From the NCBI GenBank assembly GCA_035291085.1, contig DATDTA010000086.1:1-53155 (forward strand): 53,155 nucleotides of DNA. Direction: 5' to 3'. The translations under genes were made by a program, and so were the position numbers. Shown here piece by piece: positions 52,201 through 53,155 of this stretch. The notes beneath the pieces were generated by a model that saw only the letters and a program-made list of their open reading frames with translations, did not search any database and was not told the DNA's origin. The number at the start of each line of letters is the position of its first letter. Positions within the stretch are counted from its first letter, which is position 1. The stretch is from Candidatus Nanoarchaeia archaeon. GTDB lineage: Archaea; Nanobdellota; Nanobdellia; Woesearchaeales; GW2011-AR9.

Positions 52201-53155
52201 CTCTGGCGTTACCTTGTTCGGATCTACCCCCCCTGTAGCTTGAGGAAAAGCGATACTCACCTTCTCCCGATAAAACATCTTCTCTAAAGGCAATAAATCT
52301 CTTTTAAAAGCATTTAAAGGATGATAATCTTTAGCGATCTCTCCTGTGTTCAGATGCGGCCGAATCGTGATATAAGAAATATTCTTCTTCCTTAACAGCT
52401 CCTCTACTCCTCTTGAGTGATACCCGCCTGCTACTAAAATAGATAGTTTCTGGGATTGATCAGGCTTCAAAATTTTCTCAACAACTAAACCCCTCTGTAT
52501 AGTTCCCCTGCTTTCCTTAATAGCTTGATTCTTGTAGCTGCCTTGCTTTTCAGCCATCTTTGCAATTAATTTCTCTACAAAAATCTGGTTTCTCTCATGC
52601 GACAAACGATTAAAATCTGCTACGCTCTTCATCACTTTCTTTACACTTTCATTGCTAGATAAGGATTGTTCACCTCTAATAAGCGTAACTATCCTCTGCG
52701 CTATATTCTCAAGCTCTTGTTTTCTGCTGTCGTACTCCTCCCACTCCTCTGGGCTTAACTTAAAATTAATCGCTTTCTCTAATAAACCATAGTCTTTATC
52801 AATCTGTATTAGTTCAAATAATTGACCTTTAAAAGAATTCTTACTTGCAGAACCCTCTAGCCCTCCATTCCTCCAAACCTCATCCTCCAACTCCTTGACC
52901 TCTACGAATAAACGATCCCGATCAATCCCCTCCACTCCCACCACATACTTTATGTATTTGTTTAGCTCTGGAGTTATGTTAATACCTGCTTTATCACATC
53001 TTCCTTTAATTCCGCTATAGAACTCTTCATACCCAATCTTCCCTAACCGATAAGCTACGCTCTCTTCCAATAAACCCATTAACTCATTCTTACTGAGTTT
53101 AGCTGATAACTGCTCTAAAACTTTCTTTTGCTCCTCGCTCACCTTTTTAAAATCA
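22243..53155 (-). CDS. Giant protein B, main body. The frame is still open at the window end, and the true start is ATG 1338 via the circular junction (10,706 aa in total)
   Basis: 30.9-kb uninterrupted ORF with TAA stop at 22243-22245. The ORF track's 'start' at 53142 is an internal GTG preceded in-frame by ..DFKK. The sequence is continuous with 1..1338. Confidence 0.92.
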   Translation of the reverse strand, partial: DFKKVSEEQKKVLEQLSAKLSKNELMGLLEESVAYRLGKIGYEEFYSGIKGRCDKAGINITPELNKYIKYVVGVEGIDRDRLFVEVKELEDEVWRNGGLEGSASKNSFKGQLFELIQIDKDYGLLEKAINFKLSPEEWEEYDSRKQELENIAQRIVTLIRGEQSLSSNESVKKVMKSVADFNRLSHERNQIFVEKLIAKMAEKQGSYKNQAIKESRGTIQRGLVVEKILKPDQSQKLSILVAGGYHSRGVEELLRKKNISYITIRPHLNTGEIAKDYHPLNAFKRDLLPLEKMFYREKVSIAFPQATGGVDPNKVTPEEAGVEGTLSVLTEAIARIQAKLQSQNIQQDSNKQGINQGEEKSQKIGNPQISKPKSAIYREAVSYKEREYQVFSTDKEDEKLSKRLLNDPQEELEAEEILDGAKNVWSGQMKDPFTGEVGQTFAVGEKPLSLAHKARELFIPIAKEINVGSSKFLKKQVKEIIDRKEDLTKNKFRWKKWLGAAAYLASAGFKAEEWRGIILIGVLAVLYLIDNRYSIFHFFKDLFTNREIEKAGVRSDQKEKALTLKFKDLRKEDVGIAGGKGANLGEMESHGIPVPSGFITTAHAFVKFLEENRVKGTIDENDGVEAEDGKERNVEGIKLADFIKQITLNVDVGNAEELAEASEKIQEQIRKARFPKELEEAIKEEYRELCKKYGVENLPVAVRSSGTREDLEEASSAGIQATYLNVRGVEDVLRRVKDDFASLYLSRAISYRDTTLVNAFVKKLGDQGFKRLLDKIRKNVEDGQMIAEAFELPSRLPYAKLKKLLETHPIFSQELKILEEIVPVYTDPNQVSLAVVVQAMMQNNRAFTIFSVENQTGWSGLSFQKENLKNLNQGRVFRIELTHGLGEALVGGKTSPDSYLAHVFKDSKGEQHVNILNKELGTKKIQVIRLDDALRRLNLTLDEIQNLPSSTGSRDDALLADVLRELRHDIYAKTVETYVPESMGKSFAATDEEIKQIALAALGTTEFYGDLRDIEGGLVNGKPEFVQSRPYTAAKETDQPKILNLKKRVVPQESVDKAELEGNLLASGVKGRNAAYGKIVIIDEDGSLIELLKSVDPEGKLLQGLEGKVIAKEKVTINGKGFEKGAILPLAHQIKAIQDQAEAARKTGEHLILVTRFTTPDYNDAIKVTKGIIAFEGGDTSHAAIVSRELGISSVVGIGADMDRLKYQDPERWNQELKHLLNFGSEVTVDANRGKVFKAKLPIEEEAITIDLEKLPPLHFTKPGLIIASDNAMREVSKVALYDSHYGVSLARAEFFLMEIGVHPLALEAYDNLMLLYEKPNSLFHPDLEIHGLKMENVEKLKRHPELIEVIQERIQGYGSAKDFYVQKLSQGVASIAAANGVDQKMLYRFTDFKQNELNKMVGGEEFGMKESATMIGHRGAGYLLDPENRITFAWELEAIKRAIAMGYSNIGVFYPFVRTPDELRRGLKRLQDLEVHAKSVGMMVELPSNVMQAEEFIKELVLYGERNPQTELFFSFGTNDLTQLTLRVGRDESKVADLFRESEESVIASIRHVAYAINKAKKKYKDLKLSLGLCGQAIVKLANPDETGYNPQAAKEIISMLDSVGTDALGYLRAVKLAAEAELEHSELSEAAIAAAVRGEESGRRETSIREAVRGEYAAREAGRKSKKLGDFKLITGPEGVSSGRRLRVIRSEKDLEKIGIGETLYFPIGLKLSEEQLKAAIELAGSVLVSELLVEAGNDREGLFKQLNKLLTEVPHKPFGNVPEQLEPRLEDGKIYTIDFENRIILLGEIVPQKKEPVTPDILETASVATSPLEPLLKQKPQMAGADAQEQEQQILEDRPKTVLVVKAAELYKKIGIHPLALLDYDRGNKGRLKSHPEILEKISELLEQAGIDESKKNKGKKYFKLALVRIMAETLQKISSPDQAVIYQTSDFTSADFKELIAGNLYEDTEEANPPLGFSGLARMISEEYQPILRWEAEVLEELYRSPGIEEAIKPRLGIQFTDVRLILHLKQAISLMRDWALQQHIEIGIRMDNPDNYIRAKDYMKLAQFFSVDEAVLFQQYFAADTSNKAVPVVKNMSKVKRALEPVISRVRRFAKQADVKEVKMASKAEERAPPSTVEVTRNLLNVIPLFIFPLASVYVFLHKTKPAGANPLESNIVQAVQEVQQPLSDQIFSYLSAWFVNGGIFYVIAIVGGVALLLILNKNFREGVVSKLAELFRFGTPLGNAVRLPLLGMIAVSGGTGDTGEGGGTSSRGGSDSSASGESAGEGSDGESGSSKVYKEPTVAPGAGFVGGDTPKLGATHPELENLYKKQVEASTPEHVKQNKIFDITDKGKITVTLKREHLEPYSETNTEGLGLDKWLEDYEKEARVATAGIRLSQNVLYPWDTRFRINLVGVALATLAKALVAKERYPDHQIEKVAGGEVRYNTSLYVDLIARIQAAQGIKTYLPRGRQTIPVWMASFLTFMYDLAGAEYVTSSHAVSSFIATKDFDEEGSQYLPEESLRFVAKIREIFEIARAQGEYHFEIAASDDPLIDQAFMEQLQDGTDLYISYLKNGVATDINLERIKSVKKKIIVDNVGGGFHRTASQIFEKLGINSSFEWFRVQEDSFFHGIGKELKDGKVADYSQDTTIIKRDKETGKVLSIPVMERMGYDTLLKEKAVGTVVLMVDPDGDRLVTAQIESSERAEFLSKIGIDILVLDEDRILALYTPNQSFLLTMVYQAEALKDAGLWEKHPRFLIMTTASSLAWREWAEKNGVHVLNVPVGFKEIAAMQRKIEAQIKRDPNAPVIVKDVFGREINLGIQPRMLLAGEESGGAVMGPEELIQSKAGRIAVGMREKSDGEMLIIQAALAAKLESENLFLSDYLNQVFEQSQIKGKFDVREDVVYYNQNETDPELLKLEKKEGEAKREKNYLFFLSMALSYRDGHTKKREIIDILNETFEKDRVNFSDLKEVYFVGDGVFFQFPNKVLEIRPSGTDAKSKSYAMGDNKVELSRYAIVLGNYSGELTALHKAFVPEEYIKNGMEIQWNYYQEYYRQGLPAKDYVPPFKSGAGLTAIAYGEKNLPGLDALRSGNRSESGFSLPELVPALAIFFVAVVFAPVLLHFLQAQPTVLVFGWPSIDFAIIYSWLTVFSNPLVLAVLGLALSLLAALGITRSQRYLIAKIHGENNVEKVIKYINHRRPEVSHAAVVRAGELKDKRAVKPLIEQSGGWLYGWSIIALIKIGGEEVFEHIKGLLNEKDFVTRQRAADLLVRLGDKRAVPLLVQRLSDESKEVRLAALAALGRMGDESLGHYDPKVRSNAEEALGRMGDEISDLLLSESLTYGQGSERYYADFRQAIVRALGKIGGWDDRNIYLMILKSLHDRDESVREEAHKTLEKKLSGTKYTADGSVLQVILRQDLDRNMSEWLAKLGIETAIDYLEYSISKMVKGLAYIPSFFSEPTGETMWELVDYFDNYEWRPVMRSVPNPKYDQYSDKIKKAQDALEKLKARRRSLGHSADAGEQLAQSPSEPDVKGSGDSATHRKPTSEGGFVTTPVLLIAVTAVIGAAAIPVLAHKIQTSGITLDSVVQLLSHSLPIALVIGGAVLVLLSAFNKNFREGVVGKLSQLFRAGTPLGNAVRVPLLGALGMSSGVGGGVGGMGSGTVSSGGAGKAAGSQSKAVAWERNDAAIEKIIGIKLSQVSSFADYIRINFNNLESEFGGSMLKLLKAMKERMELVVYLSEYYFHGYNVNEARLLNSALGQAISKLEENSPSVGVVLTTLNRLTQSLLREGSFSKQTAIAKRMWPILSDNDHKFQWKKIKRGSSLPLNVIGKGYIPVREFTHAESFEYISQDRTAKITRVLPDLSKNGTVSIYRKNKDFGDWELVRNIELTTFQSGDLSHWNVPGVPFGISVGKNLVQITENSYFVPLSASTAFGLALKKVLNFSSVPRDFEILELEKAEAAGGAVKGEPSQSSSVSNSGRTNERGIGKTPIIIMALAGAMGVAALYVLASNVPSMGITLDSIVYLFTKYWGIALAIGVPALLFYLGWKKKERGGVTALTTIVVLMLAALTAIMFVGFGIVDPAFAAGKAVDFVGNAVPLVGWREAGSFFALGTVTGGALSILYRKIKELLGMDLRGPREIEEGVLTVLGEHDFESASEFGRILIFQQLQQTLSSVLSQLIQRSESLEKLITSSLSRSLHTANSNFTESQGDDRVNAKELEELLGVKMSDYPSNVVRALLSALKNADLLPLSEGEIADVVERVRHAIKFALAQLSFEVKLLSQLFEQSLNRFSTQKQIEFLGALNENRDLGKAVVVTVNHNISNSKRRLYAGLIHSVDEFSRTLQLFNEEVIPFRNIVSVSVLTKHEWKLIEIFKKVEGKNWPATILLNVSFPYGQGANAFTTVAKTVNVLSFNLENKTVGVEGANGQRTFWNFSQIETVYEVHGTDGSLSDLNDVDPQQTRLSKQGGGSAKFIPKSGFTLPELVPALAVFSVAVVFSPALAYYLQAHPALWSPAWNFIQIYSLLIAAITIAVGIALVLAFNKNFREGVVGKLSQLFRAGTFLGNVIRVPLLGALAVGGGGGFVPQMQPQFRTRGMRGALERFVKLYASNKNSEWSSNSSEHVPVREGIPSYLIKKGKVWKSYNPGIFLETGIVGDEAHKIFEWDQLEILYNHETGAWSIEGKRFGKKRNLAEDGYTTYAATDFKLEYASGIFSVYIYDGSNKLIQHFHVRTNDPILGLYETPRTNTLGIGLPDVVIAQLIQQGLSVDGHISTKGDFKKIPAPHGILFMHETGINTGYLGGFQQTQAPKIIRPLWRGTAYVLKKVLDVLFPPFLRRALVRGSQLIVFGSMGVMGVGAGGFATDPSGEGRELKISEIKNWSPKDQMRFVHLLRYIYRIQRAIDLGDKHSSQFKNPGDYWRRVPQVAEVALKARLAKVPGIEDQAVRKLYDEVKRGHDYFELGMGSLYAVSGGLAGFSIEDVKEAVNGLIKQHGKYAPEKDLHTLLAVIDQFRTTGLIIGISDEEMVSWKSEAGKEKDRLDFSDEDKEIVLALDAQALVQRIVELLDGRTEDGKRSLERLNIATNLMALAMDMKKEISDEDYQRLFEKYYEYLGELNSTKDGYYYVLNYMEEILFVGMRKIKWDDKESPEQEMKWVNTKIVERFMETSIANSYISQNLIERVLIPALQQGVVTDIGVIAVWIGWLEKRNENYFSELLTVEAYQQQSQWMTVEGIDPLLKKTMEDLFQRPNIDDLMKPEGVPALLNILYQKLDKGETKSQADLEENRAAVVAEHPEEIGDRIRKWSEDDRDLFVRLLYYYSVVHQGISHGLRKLSEDDSYHSFLKITAGIARDARSVGVPGITSNEIFDFYMRLLSAEKFEDAGLIAISEIKLGNPKFNADDIRGVINKARSSGNLWSARSLIVHFIKGKEVPGISEEEIESWLADLSKSGGKAFYSERVVKGEISAENPYEIKYRVKIESLSGQDLKKEILSNLRISPQFLDKGYYEALALMKAAVKNKKAGLSDEDWRELFEEFFKGIHRSPTSGHDTPVPLLDISNVVHTALENEMSWVNGGVIEKLFDRYLDPENTESTNINYTAELAIKKGLISDPTIQRWLVKLGQQEKHFIAANLAIAASEWRHRFIKEEGFRESLAQAQVNSWFRMEILDKFERGAVRKPSPKFDLALADIRIIFGKDPAHQGQDEISSAEQRLRKLGRSYLQDVVGTLHIEGVKGRLPEGVSLDDLVSRISALLKTKSQTDTKGKSSRGKSDLKGGFALPELVPALSIFFAAVVFAPVLAYYLQAHPDLWSPAWNFIQTHSLFLGSSWNFIQIYSLPLAAIAGAVGLALVLTLNKKFREGVVQKLGNLVGANTNLGRAIRLPLFGMLAVGGGADGGMGGGAGVPADRRGGRVKSGGDGSEEDNGNSEGPLTFKMRLKEISNIIGVMLLPPPMVDGLTLYEDPERESLSAAGPDLTWEDSMVEMTRRSDEDRNRQIAKRQIGARIDEILGVDVRNSIVADLMAMTDENVDLDRMEEIMKSVPSRLKALASQIPEYLLHISSLLNSNVYVNNHADLYSLHHWHIQAMRGILDRILPNFYDPILHADLKPTEEQEQQAYLARLEANDWNQCFGSIAAIIGTSMFVGQFLKPLFSPQTWKMAFMFIGLGAISAGSGAAGVGSVGGGSVKKQKAKKVKPITLLDEILEKRDLERQESLSALSEALFIIEETELREIEKLLNKIARLPDAVWSDAELGAMIKKILADSLSSRNRFLSKTVEGFINKILEEQAIRRNQRISALFLSIAKNLVQQNKLQEELARAVDRALGLSEALDPLETGNLPEGLAQFVAQYSREHPERDQEKPPQRSQDEFLKWLGDYVRTHPELLPWYRNSGLGTVTADSTAIEAEQPIRLDELKPHLNRLAPERIEGELFVPGQAPHLGIKISVLQEKDIVALSPEIQSFWNKHYVVFKIENPLLDYVAYIAFQGLREFETENSQLHGKWGGVGSTSFSEFREPEKEGFIQALKGASETTAFSASAGLNIFGAQGVIGVKQDSLATKNSKDGKRRRKEILEHYAVALNYINGRLGGGFFTFPGEGLFKKDMNVISSRAKDSILSSNQAQHSAQGLKSASEALISQVFSSRSLSWEGKVVRIQGLDETKALLIPELLRNGAKVVVSYKDDFELETFKKRFSHYFLDQSYTDVFYIFKEADFSFDLLGQVPLAVRQEMKFKKIDLAILSSDMTQELDEAAFTNLRLAGVRGILGPKNDFEDKNKISKRLNGFIFEHHKRHSDRIPMVYVPGSLAYAGALVAATKPEKDARDTVSYVDSILYLRTVELLKKADFNNRTPLEIIKNEFENFLNFRSRSSSWLGRFMTGSPFLSWIAIVFASSPILEKLLRVAKMALMVTALGSVGGFGGGAGFGGSGGSGFEGTGGEGFGRPDKGSFGGYGKAERALDPDTNTYLHQNRFSSEQQVMDRLTVDVVYKAIPEGEDKEELRSYFEDFAYDAVLNDDSKLRTYIQSTIPWLARIYGVEASSLKAYYKKMANGEIVGRTVPSIGLGISGLLAARAAFRASAKGNVEAMVFQLSDFGGVEGIEVDPQAFASEVLSAAVLEKHDAPIFLKLNVKVNADEYQRNQEKEIRRVKLLIEKALLAGFKELELDTLGSSMLWDSDKILMVAHLIEFARKKAAEIQEEEDNLVIALHVDSSDLSELFISQDEIDREFKRVSAFLSKLKEVFDVRGISLPQLLNFGIALNLDPARANEKNQFRFEFLDKISSFIETAWNHQTALSVRFRESLENEAFMKALEENLDSLSNHKIAQVDLEALVQLETLEFNKEKVEDFSSWGLTDVIHKRAQHLFTTLRAAFKGLGLARDGRRDAWVGLTGDREIVKLFHNLTAQKAEALGNSLENKFLEYFSKLAVTLSAIVVSLWLVLSTPPSAVAAVMTGGAPLASPTALALGTATPLPIASSSALQAAHSVGGLGLLDKFMMVLPVDLMIVAIVITLTFFFNKKFQEFVLSKKFWWPIILPMGLIGLIAVPLALKNAALFLISSSLPANIKQTDIKLLHNIHYYLHIPMMLIAGIALAGIFSNLLTMKLIKNHSSINISLLIRMQNWIMASIFVLALFGITFGIFEMIPLRKGETGGYISLLFIQLKSNLNFLAKFWPFVLGGLGLTAAVVIAVKQGILRKIWIDPRNTPKSGFTLLETVGTIAILFIGTAAVAVFGIPHLPFIKFDLHNLMVPILDVGMGVLFLTLIIADRVRRNRSRLPQWPYWVGMLGIGSLLWFNWEYYIIPPYTSQFEPGIESSQILQSEQDQSREGQIYKLGEKYALQSENSYAYTYNMADIDFWVQQDMPLDKVEIEFKTRHIVRKIAQQTGFRLLDANGDLAPGVLSFWSEQLKHGEITEEQLESKFRRNASFQEPEPSPRKSKKNTALHFVLPKIFPVPLFIIGLAATTAALLFGFDPSAAFADDGKGLSWLTILAQYGPFALVAGVTALALVLILNKNVLSKRKRVEMSSASIAVSRLKRLKGESSTERKPATSHVNKWWLSTLAVMKIAIQMPLFGMMGASGGSGLPTSSEAHTILWDDEAIEKVIGIKLSEVPTFENYIRINFRALDSYDKEVVITLMNTMKEQVDLVIEYPVTYLQYNPLEAEKLFSALAQAIERLSNIDDLDLADFLGVKTHSSQGIGIVDLKGWSPEEQERFIDLFHYISTVRRKIDQFVQDIEGEDQEKRDIALQIGSRFIDEAIDFGMVGVSDLVKRFYNAAVRKYPDAYLYWSRVSISALHAHLEEFGDAELSYLRTTIEDLIEKSRDDPRYSPYTLVHMLKENPVNGISAEEMDQWLKVVGENPYPGGAALTISEYEKWVNDSQTKGDHVKRRILANLRSKDQTGESYYIAFELMRSAINNKKEGLNDNDFREIFQAFYKERARQKFEFIDEEQIHHHLNPFYVPVYLVFISLVNGLTWVLPEIVESFMDEYLDSPTEPKTHSDIPSQIVLKAIESGMELPARKVGKMISAEWKQDSYTASMISMAMFQKEASWANEKKAVPLLDKLVKKVSAESQGQAIRMISASDPTSIIDYLDTELFKGIVASVQQDINEHSAQRADETSAQTSSLAGIGGGSGETGFTRTELVSSIAILMAAAVFAPLIWNFVQIYSLPIAMIAGAAGLAFVFTLNKNFREGVVSKLAELFRSGTFLGNVVRVPLLGTLAMSGGVAGDVVGSEGIPTSGAGKSAGRIGKDKGSKGAVGLSGNGGARAQQTRKYQIETDNGMERFDHDYKQEVADWIHRAWTDISGNKHRMHIREMGEGYIAWVRKEKDQYEKDFGTGLPKDPILFLKYFVQGMKAKRIQLQQEDLDLIESKISSIKIRMMLERLGAEVSPNGSMVWMKKWTKLFSHRSSRDSRIGRLVTAYIRVEYNAKNSSLSVMSDRVSGKYRDYGLTVDMPIRLDGGTGLYFFWDGKEFEMQTWEKGDSKSKERIITYKVQTTNPLEIITLDESQTTPVFTMGLSKENIDAFKSQGFSRFSMKTIPKPGFPSIAIELKDAETVKAEEKQNVPAMKILASFFIVGLLAAIIFGFGLGDAGYAIGPGDQLLGKGIGGSLIAASPLLHVLLGNLRNLYQRVFGEVFPHEQEKVVEEMLDILNKNDAGFEWEQTTNISSLLPYDYIGKAFVPVREIQGQETFEQLSRDGNIKIERDRGNRTVSAYRKAENGNWELLQVIGSAISAYNQPYYRVRDSNVAVGLDQNLVKIYEISYFLPHTENNIYVLETKQVLKIGELPLKSAQVLKLKGSNSTSAESSGTQSLAALGVENQELYMDLLTVYVGGLSTSQIAQKSGVREDVIKGFLTRAFVPTRSERRKIEIFNTAALRRLHLQTVTFDDRALMKVFKTLYFDLGYDRARSGALAIELSLSQEDLQKILQGVYQGKRLTLARAVAFLKSRKVMAFKTRSRFIAEAQLTVPILHTVFDIRRAFTQKLSAALRRHGHLEKEMENPQLKFSFLPPHKEFYTSPDKQRIRIHEMREGDWKVSALNPELPFPKEVGISSVQDSTQVLNNLNLALEGWIFNIETISDLSDIARAIELEVEEIESGRIENARLQTLAITPRSLMTQVEVDDTPVPSGLLDVVAFFFNNLENLKKLGLTPQLALHVETVEEALFWNQALARLEQSLRLEKGAIKVFILVKNYRTLFELEEILWALQSRAQAITLGEGMFNSIAATRIKTIAEKRKIHFISDLYLKRTAESELEVDYSQDAENRLNEMRKGTILDKDDLSKAISEAFETLYVHLGGDVRGNSFTIQELDQLEMQQLNIWNAVHGGEEVKVKYYLNLFSDSLIKKYKELEARLELTTGKDFPEIRKHLTLAFAILQQAMVNSKVFVPLSQLVEVVASDLTNPDQALERMVQFSEFSSQPNIRGFYAAAKLSLWNQLFKEVFSQGVRPQHNEPQVKVNIESSEPLKNPSRPIILSQIGGILAWPLLPIDIKLEVVTFVKNFVLWAAAHPMAIVSGVLLMGALVLAVKAWVKPSSSAEKLIQEITQLAKLNNVALAKSKLEKRLAKSNKRNERALFLGALHAMGGDVSKGFEKDYKGSVVSIIHENAPVQPVLQAYAEDHIGFKKVIIRKDAAEKIIQIQDAKKDKEYQEKFRMGYSAVQMARTSMEQKLEAQAIGVSELNANSTKVIVAGKDGRYSLAFLNQQLDQIELGSQRKVVLTGRNREIQRLLDGLDSERKKILETHLARGNQINGKQVKILPESSGKNGRVNIAQLYERLFEIGWAHTLEVLSENPEAEIEESIYHSMWVTIYKIVSELEVQRMRGMKELMEENRVKRLIEFQA
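23470..24760 (-). other. Degenerate malate-synthase-like domain in B (probable pseudoenzyme)
   Basis: TPRSLMTQVEVDDTPVPSGLLDVVAFFFNN..GLTPQLALHVETVEEALFWNQ..GAIKVFILVKNYRTLFELEEILWALQSRAQAITLGEGMF (24100-24400) is colinear with the RPRGW..VDG.P..G.L.DF.L.FFHN..YFYLPK.E...EA.LWN..IKATVLIET...FEM.EIL.EL..H..GLN.GRWDY core. The Glu (LIET to LVKN) and Asp (GRWD to GEGM) are replaced. Confidence 0.55.
27097..27225 (-). repeat. Dispersed intragenic repeat (NKNFREGVV...PLLG module core), copy at 27.1 kb
   Basis: Encodes TLNKNFREGVVSKLAELFRSGTFLGNVVRVPLLGTLA. About 90% nt identity to the 46.5-kb copy over cctaaa..ctccctcacggaaatttttgtt. Confidence 0.85.
27274..27351 (-). other. Prepilin-type motif plus hydrophobic helix (G codon 27349-27351)
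   Basis: GSGETG|FTRTELVSSIAILMAAAVFAPLIWNF. Confidence 0.5.
27500..28660 (-). other. Repeated unknown domain R, copy B3
   Basis: DLKGWSPEEQERFIDLFHYISTV...GISAEEMDQWL...KKEGLNDNDFREIFQAFY. Confidence 0.55.
29870..30975 (-). other. Polytopic membrane block (about 10 hydrophobic helices), including one prepilin-type site
   Basis: LSAIVVSLWLVLS..., VDLMIVAIVITLTFFF, WWPIILPMGLIGLIAVPLAL, MMLIAGIALAGIFSNLL, IMASIFVLALFGITFGIF, FWPFVLGGLGLTAAVVIAV, PKSG|FTLLETVGTIAILFIGTAAVAVFG (G codon 30127-30129), VGMGVLFLTLII, WVGMLGIGSLLWF. Confidence 0.6.
31400..32250 (-). other. Possible degenerate class II aldolase-like TIM-barrel segment in B
   Basis: APIFLKLNV (compare PV.LHLDH, with the His residues lost) followed by LIEKALLAGFKELELDT (compare A..AGF.SVM.D.S). 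The pattern match is weak. Confidence 0.2.
32650..33990 (-). other. Degenerate Glu/Leu-dehydrogenase-like domain in B (probable pseudoenzyme)
   Basis: WNKHYVVFKIENPLLDYVAYIAF (33781-33850) is colinear with A's [23 protein letters not shown]. The GGAK box is replaced by NIFGAQGVIGV and the GxGxxG by VRIQGLDETKALL (33241-33300). Confidence 0.55.
35553..35680 (-). repeat. Dispersed intragenic repeat (module core), divergent copy at 35.6 kb
   Basis: Encodes TLNKKFREGVVQKLGNLVGANTNLGRAIRLPLFGMLA. Confidence 0.75.
35815..35892 (-). other. Prepilin-type motif plus hydrophobic helix (G codon 35890-35892)
   Basis: KSDLKGG|[31 protein letters not shown]. Confidence 0.55.
36000..37320 (-). other. Repeated unknown domain R, copy B2
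   Basis: IRKWSEDDRDLFVRLLYYYSVV (37261-37320)...GISEEEIESWL...KKAGLSDEDWRELFEEFF. Confidence 0.55.
37330..38590 (-). other. Repeated unknown domain R, copy B1
   Basis: IKNWSPKDQMRFVHLLRYIY (38521-38580)...GISDEEMVSWK...KKEISDEDYQRLFEKYY. Confidence 0.55.
39477..39605 (-). repeat. Dispersed intragenic repeat (module core), copy at 39.5 kb
   Basis: Encodes AFNKNFREGVVGKLSQLFRAGTFLGNVIRVPLLGALA. 39524-39564 is identical over 41 nt to 42311-42351. Confidence 0.85.
39697..39774 (-). other. Prepilin-type motif plus hydrophobic helix (G codon 39772-39774)
   Basis: KFIPKSG|FTLPELVPALAVFSVAVVFSPALAYYLQAHP. Confidence 0.55.
42262..42392 (-). repeat. Dispersed intragenic repeat (module core), copy at 42.3 kb
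   Basis: Encodes SAFNKNFREGVVGKLSQLFRAGTPLGNAVRVPLLGALG. Confidence 0.85.
43010..43640 (-). other. HEAT-repeat (PBS-lyase-like) region in B
   Basis: AGELKDKRAVKPLIEQ..., DFVTRQRAADLLVRLGDKRAVPLLVQRLSDESKEVRLAALAALGRMGDE, DPKVRSNAEEALGRMGDE, DESVREEAHKTL. Confidence 0.7.
43834..43911 (-). other. Prepilin-type motif plus hydrophobic helix (G codon 43909-43911)
   Basis: GNRSESG|[31 protein letters not shown]. Confidence 0.55.
44110..46060 (-). other. Alpha-D-phosphohexomutase (PGM/PMM-family) domain in B
   Basis: VATAGIR, YVTSSHAV (45706-45720, the phospho-Ser loop, compare TASHN), VDPDGDRLV (45121-45138, the metal loop), AGEESGG (44701-44730), IRPSGTDAKSKSY (about 44190-44240, the phosphate loop). 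Confidence 0.8.
46438..46560 (-). repeat. Dispersed intragenic repeat (module core), copy at 46.5 kb, followed by a Gly/Ser/Asp/Glu-rich linker
   Basis: Encodes ILNKNFREGVVSKLAELFRFGTPLGNAVRLPLLGMIA, then VSGGTGDTGEGGGTSSRGGSDSSASGESAGEGSDGESGSS. Confidence 0.85.
46940..48150 (-). other. Second, degenerate PEP-utiliser unit (swivel-like plus TIM-barrel-like) lacking the catalytic His and GTNDL/CG motifs
   Basis: KLITGPEGVSSGRRLRVIRSEKDLEKIGIGETLYFP... (no TSH), then ELYKKIGIHPLALLDYD...PPLGFSGLARM...RLGIQFTDVR... Confidence 0.45.
48292..51477 (-). other. PEP synthase (pyruvate, water dikinase)-type unit in B with all three domains and inserts
   Basis: GIAGGKGANLGEM (GGKGAN = 51406-51423), PVAVRSSGTREDL, GGDTSHAAIVSRELGI (His codon 49609-49611), LARAEFFLMEIGVHPLAL, MIGHRGAG, FSFGTNDLTQL (TND = 48592-48600), LCGQA (Cys codon 48430-48432). 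Confidence 0.9.
52276..53155 (-). other. C-terminal part of the TraB/GumN/Tiki-like N-domain of B. The domain begins at about 741 on the other side of the junction
   Basis: NSLVILVQDAHGIYEAQKNI..VGVEG (661-741), then LSHERNQIFVEKLI and ILVAGGYHSRGVEELLRKKNISY (52381-52440), then DLLPLEKMF (52261-52320). Confidence 0.4.
53026..53155. repeat. Terminal direct overlap, copy 2 (identical to 1..130)
   Basis: 130/130 identical to the window start. Confidence 0.95.

Noticed and set aside
1-53155. rRNA, tRNA, transposase/IS, integrase, restriction-modification or other defence systems
   Set aside because: Non-giant-gene space is about 2.5 kb and is fully accounted for by TA genes, scars, promoters and one terminator. 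No cloverleaf-like or IS-like sequence was seen by eye. A formal tRNA or ncRNA scan was not possible.
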